From: the human T2T-CHM13v2.0 reference genome, Homo sapiens
Assembly (NCBI RefSeq): GCF_009914755.1
Contig: NC_060928.1
DNA length: 64,000 bases
Reading direction: 5' to 3' (one strand)
Below, piece after piece: positions 39,320 through 53,169 of the stretch. Position 1 is the first letter of the stretch. Each line of letters opens with the position of its first letter. The translations under genes were made by a program, and so were the position numbers. The notes below the pieces were generated by a model. That model was not told where the DNA came from and searched no databases. It saw nothing but the letters and a program-made list of their open reading frames with translations.

Positions 39320-40380
39320 TAACCCCAAATGCAACTGGTTTCCTATTGATTCTTTCTTTGAAACATCTCTTAATTTAGTCTCATTCTCCCTCTTCATGAC
39401 ATCACGGAGCCTAGGCATGAATTCTCCTGCGCTTGGATCATGCCTCCACTTTCTGCCTTTTCCAAGTAGTCCTTCGTCAGACCCACAGGCCTTCTTTTCA
39501 AGGGGCTACTTCAATGAGATTCTTTGCCTTGATCAAAATTTCTCAATGAATTTCCTTTGCCCACATCTCAAACTCCTAATTCCACCTTCAAGATCCTTCA
39601 CAAGCTTTCTCCTTTCAAGACTCACTTCCAACGTCTTTTCCTGAGATCTCCATTACAGTCAAACTTAGCATCTCTCAAGCAAACCTTGTCTTTTCCTTCC
39701 TCCAAGCTTTTAAAAGCTGATATATATGCTGCAGCTCCTGGAATACCTCCCTGGTTGCAACCACGGATACACCATAAATCCTGTCTGGTACAAGGGAGGA
39801 CATGCATTCATTCATTTGTTTTAAAGTGCCTCCTGTTCCTTGTATTCTTTCTCCTCTACCTCATGCTTTCTCTGTTCATCATCTCTCTCTCAACCAGGCT
39901 TTTAAACTCTTTGAGGTCAGACAGCATGTGTTCCTTCTTTTTAATTCTGCGCATTTTTTTTCTAGGATGTACTTTATATAGATAATTTTGATGGATGATA
40001 GTGCAAAAAGAAAGTCTTTTCTGGATATTTTCTTGGTGTAAATGAGGTCACCCTAATAGCATCTGTAATCACTCTGAAGTCCTTCAGCCCATTTAGTCTG
40101 AAAAATGTTTTCCTAAAATAAAAGTTCTTTCTTTTTTTTTTTTTTTAGTGCATATCATCGTCATTCATCTCACTTTTCCTTCTAACATCAAGGATCTATA
40201 CAAGGCCGTTGATCCCCACTGCTGCATATTTCTTGGATCTATCTGAGGTCCCAGATCCCATTGCCTCTTCATCCTCACAGCCACTGCTGGGTCTGGGTCC
40301 TCATAAGTTCTATCTGGAAGTTTCAGTACAGTCTTTCTCGATGTGCTCCACACTGTTATGGGAATGAATTTTCAAACACC
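39320..40380 (+). mobile_element. L2 fragments
   Basis: gatcaaaattt...atctcaaactcctaa...ttcaagactcac; ctcttcatcctcacagccactg...tctccacactg. Confidence 0.5.
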
Positions 40381-40779
40381 CCTGCTTTGAAGATAGGGTG
40401 CTTCCAGGGTAAGGCATAAAGTTCTCCAGGGAGGCAACAGTGCAGTGGTATACAGACAGCACAGCCTTTCATTCCTGCGAGGCCACTTACACCTGAGTGA
40501 GGATGGGAAGAAGAGAAGACAAGGACGAATGTAGGAAACTGTCAGTTAAATGACAATGTATGGATGGCAAGAGAGAAAGAATAGTCAGTGATGGAAAAAT
40601 AATCAATAACAGCTTTGGGCTTTTGAGTTTGAAAATGGTGTGTAGGGTGAGACAACAATAGGAAACTTCTAATAAAGAATGAACAAGTACTTCTACTTGT
40701 TCAATGAATGTGAATCTGGTACATACATTTGATCCTTAAAATATTCTCACTAAACTGGTATCATTTAATGGAACTGTTT

Positions 40780-40955
40780 AATGTTATCCTGGGCAAGTTA
40801 CTTACTCAATTTGCCTTAGCATCTCATCTGCAAAATGTGGATGAGTACCTACCCCCCAGGGTTATGTCAAAAATTAGATAAGATGAAAAGTAAGTTATAG
40901 TATTAGAATGGCACCCAATACATAGTTTGGAATTTTTTAAAATGTCAGCTATTAT
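40780..40955 (+). mobile_element. MIR
   Basis: ctgggcaagttacttac...ctcatctgcaaaatg...gtacctacc...cagggttatg...tagataagatg. Confidence 0.7.
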
Positions 40956-43317
40956 GATGATAACAATGGTGGCTTACAAGACCTTTGACCATCTGGCTTC
41001 CCTCTCCAAGCATGCCAAATTAATCACACTTCTTAAACACATCTCTTGACCGGGGTGTTCTCACCATGCCCTTTCTACAAACAAAAAGTAAGTACTCTTC
41101 TCATTCTTTAGAACCAATTCTAAATTCTCCCTCATATGAGAATTTCCTTATTATTCCACCTGGTATGAATGATTTCCACTTCCAGGGTCCCCAAGACTTT
41201 AATATCATTTCTGGAGCATATGTGATGATAATGTAATAATTATAATGATACTATTATGCTATTGCATATTATGGTATTCAGTACAAACAATTTCTTGATG
41301 AGAAGAAAAATGCCCATTAGAAAATTAGGCTTATTGTTTTGTTTTCTCACTATAAAATATGCTCATTGTAAAAAAAAGTTAAAAGAAATAAAATCAACTA
41401 TAATGTGATGTTCTAAAGATAATCAACCTGATCATGGATGCATTTACCTAGGGTATTACGCGTTTTAAAACACATTAGTATTGTGTTCCATGCACAGTTT
41501 TCATTTTAGGCTTTTTTTTTTTTTAGGCTTTTTTGGTACAGTTTTGATTCTAGGCTTTTTTGTTTGTTTGTTTTTTGGGGGATTTTTTTTTATTGCCTTA
41601 AGATGATATCATTTAAGGGTATATATAATAATCATTTTGTGTTAGCCACACTATCAAAGCCCTTCTCAGTCATGAAATCTCAAATACTCTCCTCTTATCC
41701 TCATTCCTTCCTTCCTTCATTTAAAGAGGAACTTGAGGATGTTTTCTTTCGTGAATTAAAATTTATTTAACCATTAAGGTGTCAAATGTTACATTTTCTT
41801 TTCTGAAATGGAACAATTCATTGTGCTCACCTAATTGGCATTTCAAATTTTACCTTGATGTCATTTATAAAAGTTCTGCTTCACAGGTTTGACAATATTT
41901 AAAATCTGAAAAATTAGGTGGCTCTGGTGTTGCCTACACATGCCACCTTCCAATCATCATTCTTTATTGGTAAGAATAATTAGAGTAATACAGAGATTGA
42001 AAAAAAAATGTAGCACATTTGTTCTTGGACATAGGACAAATATGCCTGGTAACTAGCTGTTAAAATGGCTACATTTAATGTCAACTGTGTCTTCAGCAGA
42101 GTTGAACTCAAATGGAATCACACATTTTTTGTTTCCTTTAATTATTAACTTCACTTGGGAGTTTAGCCATACCTCTGAGGTGTTCTTTGGTAAGTGTATT
42201 CTCATTCTTTATTCTGGATGGGAAAAGAATAGTATCAATATATATATTTTTTAATTTCATAGAAGGGCATTATTCTTGCCCACATCTAACTAGTTTGTTT
42301 TTGGGCTTCTGGTTCATCAAAGAAAGATGTGGGGTCATAAGAGAAATCATGAAGGTTAGTTTTATGAAGAATCCTTCAGAGAAAGAGAAAAAATACTAAT
42401 ATTATTAATAACAAATTATGAATGGTACTCTTGTTTGTTGTTGTTTATGTGTTTTAGCAACCCACAGGCCTCAGTTGCACTTTTAATTATCTGGGAATAT
42501 TTTCCTCTTGGCTAGCTGAATGGTAGGAATGATTGATGCAACACTTTCTAATTTCCTAGTGTACAGCTGAGGCAAATGTAAGAGCTGATGAAAGAATATC
42601 CCCTCTGTAGGATCTGCTGGATTAGAAAGGCCTTCCTGGGACAAAATAATTATGCACACTTATCTTAAAGTTGCCACTATCATAAGTGGAAGGCATAATA
42701 ATATTATGTTAAGATATATTTCCTTTTTCAGTCAATATGGGGACAAAGGAACAGAACAGAGATGAAAGTTTCCCTGTGGCTTTTGCAGTTAACTAAAAGC
42801 CCTTAAATGACTGTTTATGGCAGTGATGTTGTTCATGCTGCTTGGTTAAGGATCTGAACTTTTTTTTTTTTTCAAATGCTTATAACATTTTTAGAAAAAT
42901 TAACTCCTGTCTGGAAATTGGCAAATTATACCTTGGTGTGAGAATAGATAAGTTCTGAGGAAAAGGAAAGAACCAGATATATATGGGCTTTCAGAAGAGT
43001 GAATTCTTTTTAAAGAACTTTCTTCGTGCAAGGAGAATTTCTCCATTAAAACAAAATAGGACTAAGCGTTAGAATTTCAGACTTGCTTTTACTAATCATG
43101 AGATAATATGAACAGTAAAAGTTAACCAGTGTTTGGATGTTAGGGGCCAAATTGCATTAGTTTATTTGAGGAAAATACTTTTACAGTGATTTTACTAACT
43201 GACCTTTAATTATTTGCAAAAAGGAAGCATCTAGAGATATTTTAAAAGACTAGAGGAAATAGAAATGATTAATTCAGGGCATGACCTTTGCTCTGGATAA
43301 CTTGTTTTGTTGTGGTT

Positions 43318-43497
43318 GTCTTCCTTTCTCCCTTTCTCTCTCTCTTTCTTTCTTTCCTTTTCTCCTTCCTTCCTTCTTTCCTTCCTTCTCTCTTTCTTTC
43401 TTTCCTTCCTTCCTTCCTTTCTTCCCTCTCTTTCTTTCTTCCCTTCCTTCCTTCCTTCCTTCCTTCCTTCCTTCCTTCTTTCCTTCCTTCTTTCCTC
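43318..43497. repeat. (CCTT)/(CTTT) polypyrimidine simple repeat
   Basis: About 180 nt of pure C/T; source of the low-complexity ORFs. Confidence 0.95.
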
Positions 43498-43746
43498 ATT
43501 TTGAAGAAAAGAGTGCTTGGCTGCTCGTTAGTGGGTTATACTCCCCCTCTTTTTCAGGGAGGACCAGGGCAAAGGAATTATGATGTGTGCCATATTGTAA
43601 AAGGAACATTTGCTTAGAAATCTGTAGCTGACATTTTTATGCAGGATCCTGTGCTTCCAAGGCAATGAAAAACTGAACAATGTTTTCCTTTAGAGTGTAA
43701 GGAAAATTTCAGATTAAAATGGACCATACTTACTAGTTTCCAATAA

Positions 43747-43947
<201 letters not shown>

Positions 43948-44725
43948 TAAAATGACATTTTGGGTTTCTTTCTCCCATGAGGTATTAGTTGGCTACAGTT
44001 GTATGATTTACATTGCTATAGACCTGGAGTTCACACTAAACACACTCTAGGGTTTAGAATACAGGCTTTCTCCTTTTTCTATAATTTTTGTAAAACATTT
44101 CTGGCATTGTTTTAGTAAAATATGAATAAGTGGTAAGTTTTTTGAGAATTCTGCTAACTTAGTTCCATTAGCTCATGACTCACCTGAAATTGACATGCTC
44201 ATCTTTAATCTAGATGTTTTTAAATTGTCTTGTTTTCTTTCTTGTTCACGAAAGAATAATATTTTTCTTGATAAATCCGACTCTTCATGGACGGATCTTG
44301 TGGAACTGCCCTCATGTGTTCCACTATCAATTTTTGCTTCTGCCAACAAAGGGTTCTGTGGGTAAATGCTGCTGTCTTTGCTTCTCCTCATCCTGGCTTG
44401 TTGATGGGTGGACAAGCAAAGGGCATGGAAGGATGAGGCCTTCAGCTAGGGCTCAATCCTGCACATTTGAAGAATATCTCTTGAGGTTACGAACAATCAT
44501 CCAACTGGAGTAGTTGGGGATAAAATTAAAATCTCTTCTAAATAGTTTCTAAACACAAATTATTTAGAAATTTCTATTCATTTACAAGTTTTAAAATAAT
44601 CAAAATGGTACAGATGCTGACATGATCAGTAATTACCACATTATAAAGAACAAATGAATGTTATAAAATGTGTTTTCATGTTGTTCAAGTTTTTTTGTGT
44701 GTGTGTAATAAAAATTTCCATTTTC

Positions 44726-45163
<438 letters not shown>

Positions 45164-46157
45164 TTAATACCTAACAATCACTTATTTATTCAAAAAGCAT
45201 TTATTGAGAACTTAGTATGCACCAAACCTACCAAACACTGGTAGGTAAGTCTTTAGTACAATACGAATGAATCCTGATTTCAAGGGTATATAGTTTAGCG
45301 GGATAAACAGTCATTAAACACATTACCAAAAGAACAAACAACAAACATACAAGCATTAAGAAGGAAAAAAAGGTACAAGAGATTCTGAGAGACATGGTAA
45401 TTTAGTTTGAGGGAATGGTGGTCAGGGAAGGCTTCTCTATGGCATTGACATTTAAGTGAGACTAAGACTAGACGATTATTAACGATTGGTTGGAGAGAAA
45501 CAGCCCAGAGTGTGGTGAGTAGAAGTGTAGCACAGGCTGTGGCTGGAGAGGTAAATGAGGTAATTCATCCAACATGGGATAAGAACTGGAATGTATCCTA
45601 AGTACTGAGAAACTTCATTAAAGATTCTTAAGCAAGGAATGATCCAAGTTGCATTTTAAGAAGATCATCTGGCTGCTGCGTGGAGAATGAGTAGGAAAGC
45701 AGCAAGAGTAAAATGGGGGAGAAAAATCAAGGGGCTATCACAGTACTTCAGGCAAGAAAACTGTTGACTTATTTCCAAGGGCAGCGGCAGTGAAAATGTG
45801 AAAGATGAGAGTGGATGGGTGCCATATGTTTCGGACGTCTGGTTCACAGATCTTGGTGATGGTTTAAACGGAGGAGTTAAGCATGAAAGAGGTGTCAATG
45901 ATTGCTATAAGGTTTTTAGGTAACCAGGTGGATTCTAGTGTCATTTGTAGAGAAAAGAAAGACTGAAATGGAGTAAATATGGGGCAGATAATCCTCAGAT
46001 AAGTTTTAGACATGTTAATTTTAGGATGCATATAAGACATCCAAGCAATGTTGTCAAATAGACATACAAGAGCTGTCTGGATAGGATCTGTAAATTTAGA
46101 CATCCCCAGAATGTAGATGATTTCTAAAACCAGAGGGATGAGTAAGATGGCCTCGTG

Positions 46158-46518
46158 CAGTGCTTTCAAACTTGTTGGATCGTAGGGATCCCTGGGCAAT
46201 TATTTAAAATATACATTCCTAAGCTCTACCTGAGACCTACTGAGTAAAAGTTTCCAGGGTTGAGAAGTGGCAATCTGTATTGTTTCGTTTTGTTTAGTGA
46301 CCGGTATCTCGTTACGTTGCTTAGGCTGGAGTACAGTGGTTATTCACAGGCACGATCATAATGTGCTACAGTCTCAAACTCCTGGGCTCAAGTGACCTTT
46401 CTGCCTCAACTTCCCAAATATCTGGGACTACAGGTGCCCATTACCATGCCCATCTCAATCTGTTTTTAATAAGCACTCTAGTTGCTTTGTATGATCAGAT
46501 ACATTTGAGAAAGATTAG
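46158..46518. mobile_element. MER5(B)-like hAT MITE split by FAM
   Basis: cagtgctttcaaactt...gacctactgagt...caatctgt[FAM]ttttaataagcactc...tttgagaaag. Confidence 0.7.
46281..46455 (-). mobile_element. FAM (fossil Alu monomer)
   Basis: Retains the 7SL-derived gtggttattcacaggcacgatc segment absent from dimeric Alus; TSD caatctgt at 46271-46278 and 46456-46463. Confidence 0.85.
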
Positions 46519-48534
46519 AATATGGACCGAATTTGAAAGAATGCCAGCATTTAAAGATGTGGGGAGAGGAATGGTGGGGGTGTGGAGACCAAGAAGGAGG
46601 ATAAGAGCAGAAAGGGAATAACAGAAATTGTAGGGTCTGAATCAAAACTGATGCACTCTGCAAGATGTCTGTTTGCATGAAACAAACAAACAAAGAAACT
46701 GACGCTCTGAAACCCTCTGATACAGACTTAACAGACAGCCTCACTAAACAGCTTTATATTCCCACATTTCATATTACTTTTGGAGACATTAGTATCTTTA
46801 TTCCATATAAATTTATACACACGAGACTTTGCCATACATTTTACCAAACTAAAAGGCATTCAACAGTTAGAATTACTTTTGCTATTTCTGTATTTAAAAT
46901 ATTGTCTCCCTTAAGTAAAACAGTGCCCTGTGAGCCAAATAAATACATTTTAACCAATTTGAGAGGCTAGAGATAAAAAAATTCTAGCCTCATAAATGGA
47001 AGCAGCCCCAGAACTCTTGCACTGACATGGCACTTGACCATTAGAAAGGGATAATTTCAAATCATAAGCAGCAAGTAAGACAAAGCTATGAAGATTGCAC
47101 GTAGGTTGAGACATTATTTTCTGCGAAGTTTAGTATTGTTTTTCAATTTTTGTTGTGGTTTACCTTATTTGTAGCAGTCTTATTAGGAAAACCTAAAAGA
47201 GTCTGATTTAAATCTCTTGTTCCCAGCCAAGCCCAGGTCTGAAAGGGAAGAGAAAACACATTTACATTCAGTGTCACAGCCTTAGACCCCAAGTGCAAGT
47301 TAGACTAGATTTGTTGAGATCAAAAGCAATTTCTGTAGTTATTTGTTTGCAGATTTACAGTTTAAAGGAAAGAATTAAATAGTATGAACATATACACTGC
47401 ACTTCCCATGTCCACATGTTTGTTTGAAATTGCCTGAGTTTATTCTATAACGTTTGATGGTTCTATTTTCTGCCTTCACTATCTAGTGTTTGTTAAGTGA
47501 AGGTGGGTTTAGCTGATCTGTGTTATGTCTGTGTGACATGTATCCTCCTTCTTTTTTGGCTTTAGTCTCCCTTTTGGGTCTTGACTTCTATCACTATTTT
47601 GGAAAGCCAGGAAGTCAGCCAGAATAAAATGAAGTCCAGGAGACTTTTTTTTTATAGCATTTATTTAGGACAGTAATTCCAGTGGCAGCAAGTCCACCAT
47701 TAGCAAGAATATATTGGCTACTTTTATTATGTAGGTCTGAATTCCTTGTCTGTCATACCACACGTAAACCCAGAAGAAAATAGTTAGCAGATTTATGGTT
47801 TGCACTGTCTCTGAGATGTTACTTTGAATATCTGATTCATAATTCTCTGGAGGGAAATCTTACCTCCTGGAAGATCAAGAGGCTGTGATGGCATTAGAAG
47901 TGGAGTTGAGCTTCTGTGCCTTGTGAAGCTCATTTCTCCAACCATGGAAGGAGTTTGAACTCTCAAAAACATAGCCAAGTATCCTGCCTTTGTCATTTTG
48001 CCTACTTAAAATCACCAATAAAGGCAATGAGTAAAAAAAAATTGAAATTTGAACTTAACATTGTATCGAAAAATCTACCTTTGGGCCATTCGTGATATAG
48101 ACATGGACTACTTGATTCAGAGACAGGCCAATGAGGTTTGCACTGACAAAATCTGAATATAACGACATATAGGGTTATGTCACCATAAGCTTTAGGGAGG
48201 AGCTAGTTATCCAAAGGCATCTGGATTTCATGGCAGCAGCTGACCCTATTTAACCTTCAGCATTAATGACTAACACTTCTCATAAGGGCTGTTGTACCTC
48301 CATGCATTTCATTTACATTGTTCACCTCGAGAAGAACATATGTTATTCCTAGAACTCAAATGGCATTTGTTTGATGAGTGGGGTAGCAAAAGAGGTAAAG
48401 GAAAATACTGGAGAACAGAAAGAAAAGTCTTGCATTCTAATATTGACCTTGTTTGGCTTCCTTTGAATTCCTCAGGAAGTGATGGAATGGATGGATGATG
48501 AAGCGGTGATGGAAACAGGGCTAAATTAAATTAC

Positions 48535-49040
48535 AAAAATTTGGGGTCTAGTCCTGCCACTGATCACCTCTAAAACTTAGTTTCCATGTCTATAAAACTG
48601 AGATAGTAACCCCTCTCCTACTTATTCTACAGGGATTGTGTAAAGATCAAGTGAGATATTTTAGAAAAGAACTATAAAACTCAAAGATTTTATACAAATT
48701 TTAAAGTATTTTTACTGAGATAGCCAAGTGAACAACACTTCAAATAAATTAATAAATTCAAATATAAATAGTAGCAGTAGTAGCGTTGTAGTAGAAATTG
48801 TAGTAGAAGAATTACGGCAGTAGTTGCCATCGTTTCTTGAACATCTAATATACAGTAAAACCTATTCTAAGCGTCAGAATCCTTATATACGTTTCTTTAA
48901 TAGTTATAATAACTTTGTAAAGTAGATTTTTTAAAAAATCCAATATTATAAATGAAAAAACTAGGTTTCAGAGAAAAGTGAAATAATATGCCCATGGCCC
49001 CTCAGCAAGTAAGTACAGAATAGTGTCAAATCCCAGTAGA
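48535..49040. mobile_element. Two MIR fragments (+ about 48535-48710, - about 48830-49040)
   Basis: ttagtttccatgtctataaaactgag...agggattgtgtaaagatcaagtgag; taactttgtaaagtag...aaatgaaaaaactagg...tgcccatgg. Confidence 0.6.
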
Positions 49041-49399
49041 TGCATTTTACATTTATCTGAGAAGAAAAAAGGGATGCGGTTTTTAACCACTTTTCAGTAC
49101 TTTGTTTTTCTTCCTACTTGGGGTTGTTATTATTACATTCCTAATTTCATACTTCCACCTTTTGCATTAGGATCCAAGAGAATACACACACAGACTGGAC
49201 CCCCACTTCTCTCTAATTTTTTTGACATTAGCATGACTGGGAAAGACTCTTTGAAACTGCCAAGATCTTTACGAACAGCTGAGCCTATAAAGTATACAGA
49301 ATACTAGTAATAAGCCTATTATATATGTTGTGTGCTTCTGTAAGTTTCCAAAATAGCCTTATTGAAAATGCTTCTACCTATGTTAAATGCATTAGTGAG

Positions 49400-50420
49400 G
49401 CCAATGTCAGAGGAAAATAATAAGATGACTTTATAAAATGTTACCAACTGGAAAACATCAGTGAATTTGTAAGATCTTCCTTCTCTCCCAGTGAATGGAA
49501 CTGAAATAAATCCTAAAATGACTAAAACTTTGAAAGATCAAGCTCGTTATTACAAATATAAAAAAAGTAATAAGCATACTTAAATAAGGATGCAGCCTCT
49601 TTCAGAACATTAAAACCATGTTCTTAAAAAACTATGAATATATATAATGGAAAAATACCCTGTATAATCAATTATGATATCTATTGTAAGATATTACTAA
49701 GAGAAAAAAATTATTAAAGCATCAATTCAACAAAGAGTAAATTTAAAGAAATTACTCATTTCAATAAAAATAAAGATCACTATCAAGGCAATTCATAGAA
49801 AAACTTCAAACAGCCCATAAACAAATAAAAAAAAAGAACTTACAATCTGCTATCTAAACATTCAAATTAAAAAGATGAAATATTTTACCTGCCACAATGA
49901 CAAAAGCTTAAACAATTTAAATTTGATAAGGCTTTCTTTCTGTTACTGGCAGTCATACAGGCTGCTGTTCGGAGGACAGGCGATGTAATCTTTATGAAAA
50001 GATACTTGAAAATATTATCAAGTAACTTCAAAACTTTCAGATTTTTCAGCCAGTAATTCTATTTCTAAGCAAATAGTCAGAGTTGAAGCATAGATTAAGT
50101 ATAAATACATTTTATTGTTATTTTCATTGTCAAAAGTTAGAAAAACACAGTTCAAAAATAGAGAAATATTTTAGGAGTATACTTTCACATGGCATTAAAT
50201 AACATATTTTTAATATCATATAATATAATGGCTTATATTTGGGTAGGAAAAACAAATCTAAATGTACATACAAAGTATACACATAATTTCGTTTGAAATC
50301 ATACAGCAGAGGAAAAAATACTAGAAAAATTTACCCCAAATTTGAGTGGAGACATAAAATTTAGTTTTTCTTTATAAGCTTTTGCATGTCACAGTTTTAT
50401 ACAATGAGCATGTAGTAAAA
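49400..50420 (+). mobile_element. Highly decayed L1M(E) 3' region
   Basis: A-rich; gcaattcatagaa, tacaggctgctg, cagccagtaattctatttctaag, ttttatacaatgagcatgta. Confidence 0.55.
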
Positions 50421-53169
50421 AGTTCACATAAAATTGTTCATAGGAATATTAAATAAAGTTCGAACGAATCGAGTGACGCTGAACAATAAACCTATTTTGA
50501 CTGCTAATTGCTAAAGTAAGTAATTAACTCAATAGGACATCATTTCATTTATAAGAATAAATTATAATCTGTAAAAGGAATTTTGCATGACATTTGATTT
50601 GGTTTTAAATGGACCCTGAGATTGTTAAACGTCAAATTCTTCCATTGTTTAAAATGAATATTATATTACAACTGCTTTTGCTTCCTGGAAGTGGAATTTA
50701 CACTTTTTCTTAACGCTATTGTTATATTTTCTCAGTTGCCTAAATAATCTATGCTCAGAGACATAATATTTTGGGAATTCATATTGCTTGTTTCTTTCTT
50801 TGTAGTTGCTTTAAAAGTAAATCCTTTAGGAGAACATTTCTTTAGCTTACTTTTTCATTATTTCCAGAGGCAAAAACTGGCAGGGCAATTTATAATTCAA
50901 TTTTTGCTAAATCCATGACACCCAATATATATGTCAGGCATTTCAACGGCAGGGTACTTTGGGGAAAGGTGATAAATTGTACTGATTATAAGCTCAAGCT
51001 GTTCTTCTAAAACATCATATCAAAAAGAAGGTAAGTATTATTAGGAAAATGTAATGTATCTTTAGATTGTCCAGAGCTATCAGAGATAATCACTTCATGT
51101 GAATATATTTCCCTTAGTGCTATACAGCAATATAATAAGGTTCTTACTGTGTTTTTGATAGCACTCATCTGGAGAAAGGTAAAAAAAGACCCTATCAGTT
51201 CACAAACCTATCACAGGCTGGTAGTCTTTCAGCAGCCACAGAGCTCTTAGTGCTGCAATAACTCACTCCTGCCAGAAATGCCTCACTCTGAAACCCAAAA
51301 CATGGCCCTAATCATTTTAGGACTATGTTGGTATATGTGAGTAGTATAAATATTATTTTATAATATAATCTCCTCTGATCTTTTTAAACATCCTTTCAGT
51401 GTTCCAGGTATTTCCCTGTGTGATATGTGTGGCTTAAGCAAAGCCACAAATTCCCTAGGTTATCTCCAAAAATTGCTGAGAAAGTGGACAATTGAAATAT
51501 AAAACTCTGCTCTGGTGGGATACAGGCATCTGTGTGTGCATGTGCGCGTGTGTGTGTTTCACACACACATGCTGCAGTTTAGTGTGGCATTCCATTAATG
51601 AGTGAAGTAATTAAGCAAAGCACATGGGTAGGTTACTCAGATCTAAGAATAGGGAACGGGGGATTGGAGCCTTTCACCTCCAGGTCAATGGTTTCTGTTT
51701 AATCGGGCTGTTAATGACCAAAAGTCATTGTTTCCATCTGAGAGCTGTTTGGTCTCAATATGAAGTAAGTTGGTGGTCTGCTCTCAGTTTCTCATGTGCA
51801 ATTGTATGGATCGTGAAATCTATGGCGGCTTTTTGCCACCCTGTTGGACAACTCAGTAAAAAACATGCTGTTTGAAGGTAATGGCAAAACAACTCTGTCT
51901 CAGACAAAGTGTACCTCCAAAAGAAATGTATTTCTAAATAGCAAAAATACATTGAAATTGTTGACATGAAATAATAGAAGATTCATGAATTTGCTTTTAC
52001 TGTGTATAGTAGGCTTTATATTTACATAGTTACTTTTACATACAATAATTTGTTTGAACCTCAGAGTTAATGAGTGTGATGTAGGCCATGCTGATAATAA
52101 TATTTAAAGTTTCAGAAATCAAAGATCAACGAGGTCAGGGCTTGCCTAAGATTATGGAAGTAGTAAGTTCCTACAGCAGTGCTAGGGCACTATGGCAAGC
52201 CTTTTGGAAGAGTGATTTGAGCAGGGCTTCTAAGTACCAGAAGAACTTGGATAGAGCAGAAAAGTAAATGATATTCCATGAAGGACATCAGCATGAGGAA
52301 AGTACAAAGGTAGAAATGAGCAGTGTGTGTTCATAATAAAATATATTACATACATTTTGCAGTATGTCTTCACACAAGAATACACAAGAAAAATCTTAAA
52401 AAGATTTTACCTTATACACACAGTTACATTTATGAACACCTGTATGTTCACACAGATTAAGGTTACATTAAAAATAATGAATTGGTATTGGTGTTCTTTC
52501 AACAGGAACAGTAGCATTAAAGATGTATTAAGAGCAAAACATGTAAATATTTATGAGGAAGCAGATGTGAAAGTGCTGCTGGAAACAGGCAAGAAGTATC
52601 AAAACTTTTTTGTGAGATATGAGCAGTGGCTGAAAGATAAAGGCTCTCAGTAATCTAACAGTAAACTAATAATACGTCTTGATTAGGAAAGAAAGGCTTC
52701 TGATAACCTCCACCTCTAAAAAACTTTTCAGTCAAGAAAATTCCAAAACTCTCTGCGGCATCCTGCTACTGTTGTCACAGCAAACCCAGGTATTAGCTTT
52801 TCTCAGCTAGGAGCTGGACTCTCCCATGTGCAGACTTTAGAAAATGGGGATAATTTTTGGCTTTCACAATGACAAGGGCCACTAATGGACAAGGTCAGAG
52901 ATGCTCGGCACCAGTCCCTCACTCTGAACCCTGTCCTGTCCCCAAGGCCAGTAGCATTCCCCCAACAAGAGATACTGTTAACATTTTTCTCACCACTGTG
53001 TCTCCATATACCCAAGACTATAATTCTAAGACCGACAAATCCTAGATGAAAAAAAATCACAATTCACTATTTCAACATTTTTATCTTTATTTCTCAACTA
53101 CTTAAATTTTGTCTCCACCTTTAAAAATAATATTCCTGCTAAGATTATAACTAAACTGAATGTCTACAC

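Larger units (their letters stand above)
45175..46610 (-). mobile_element. L2 fragment carrying nested MER5 and FAM
   Basis: ttattcaaaaagcatttattgagaac, gtcagggaaggcttctct, gatcatctggctgctgcgtggagaatg, ttttagacatgttaattt; resumes after about 46520. Confidence 0.75.

Noticed and set aside
39557-39985. 142-aa plus-strand ORF
   Set aside because: Non-ATG start, pyrimidine-rich L2-derived sequence, no homology recognised.
43269-43617. Arg/Lys/Glu-rich and Phe/Leu/Ser-rich ORFs
   Set aside because: Translations of the CCTT/CTTT simple repeat.
51834-51851. CTCF-like TGTCCAACAGGGTGGCAA on the minus strand
   Set aside because: Core spacing is out of register with the CTCF consensus.
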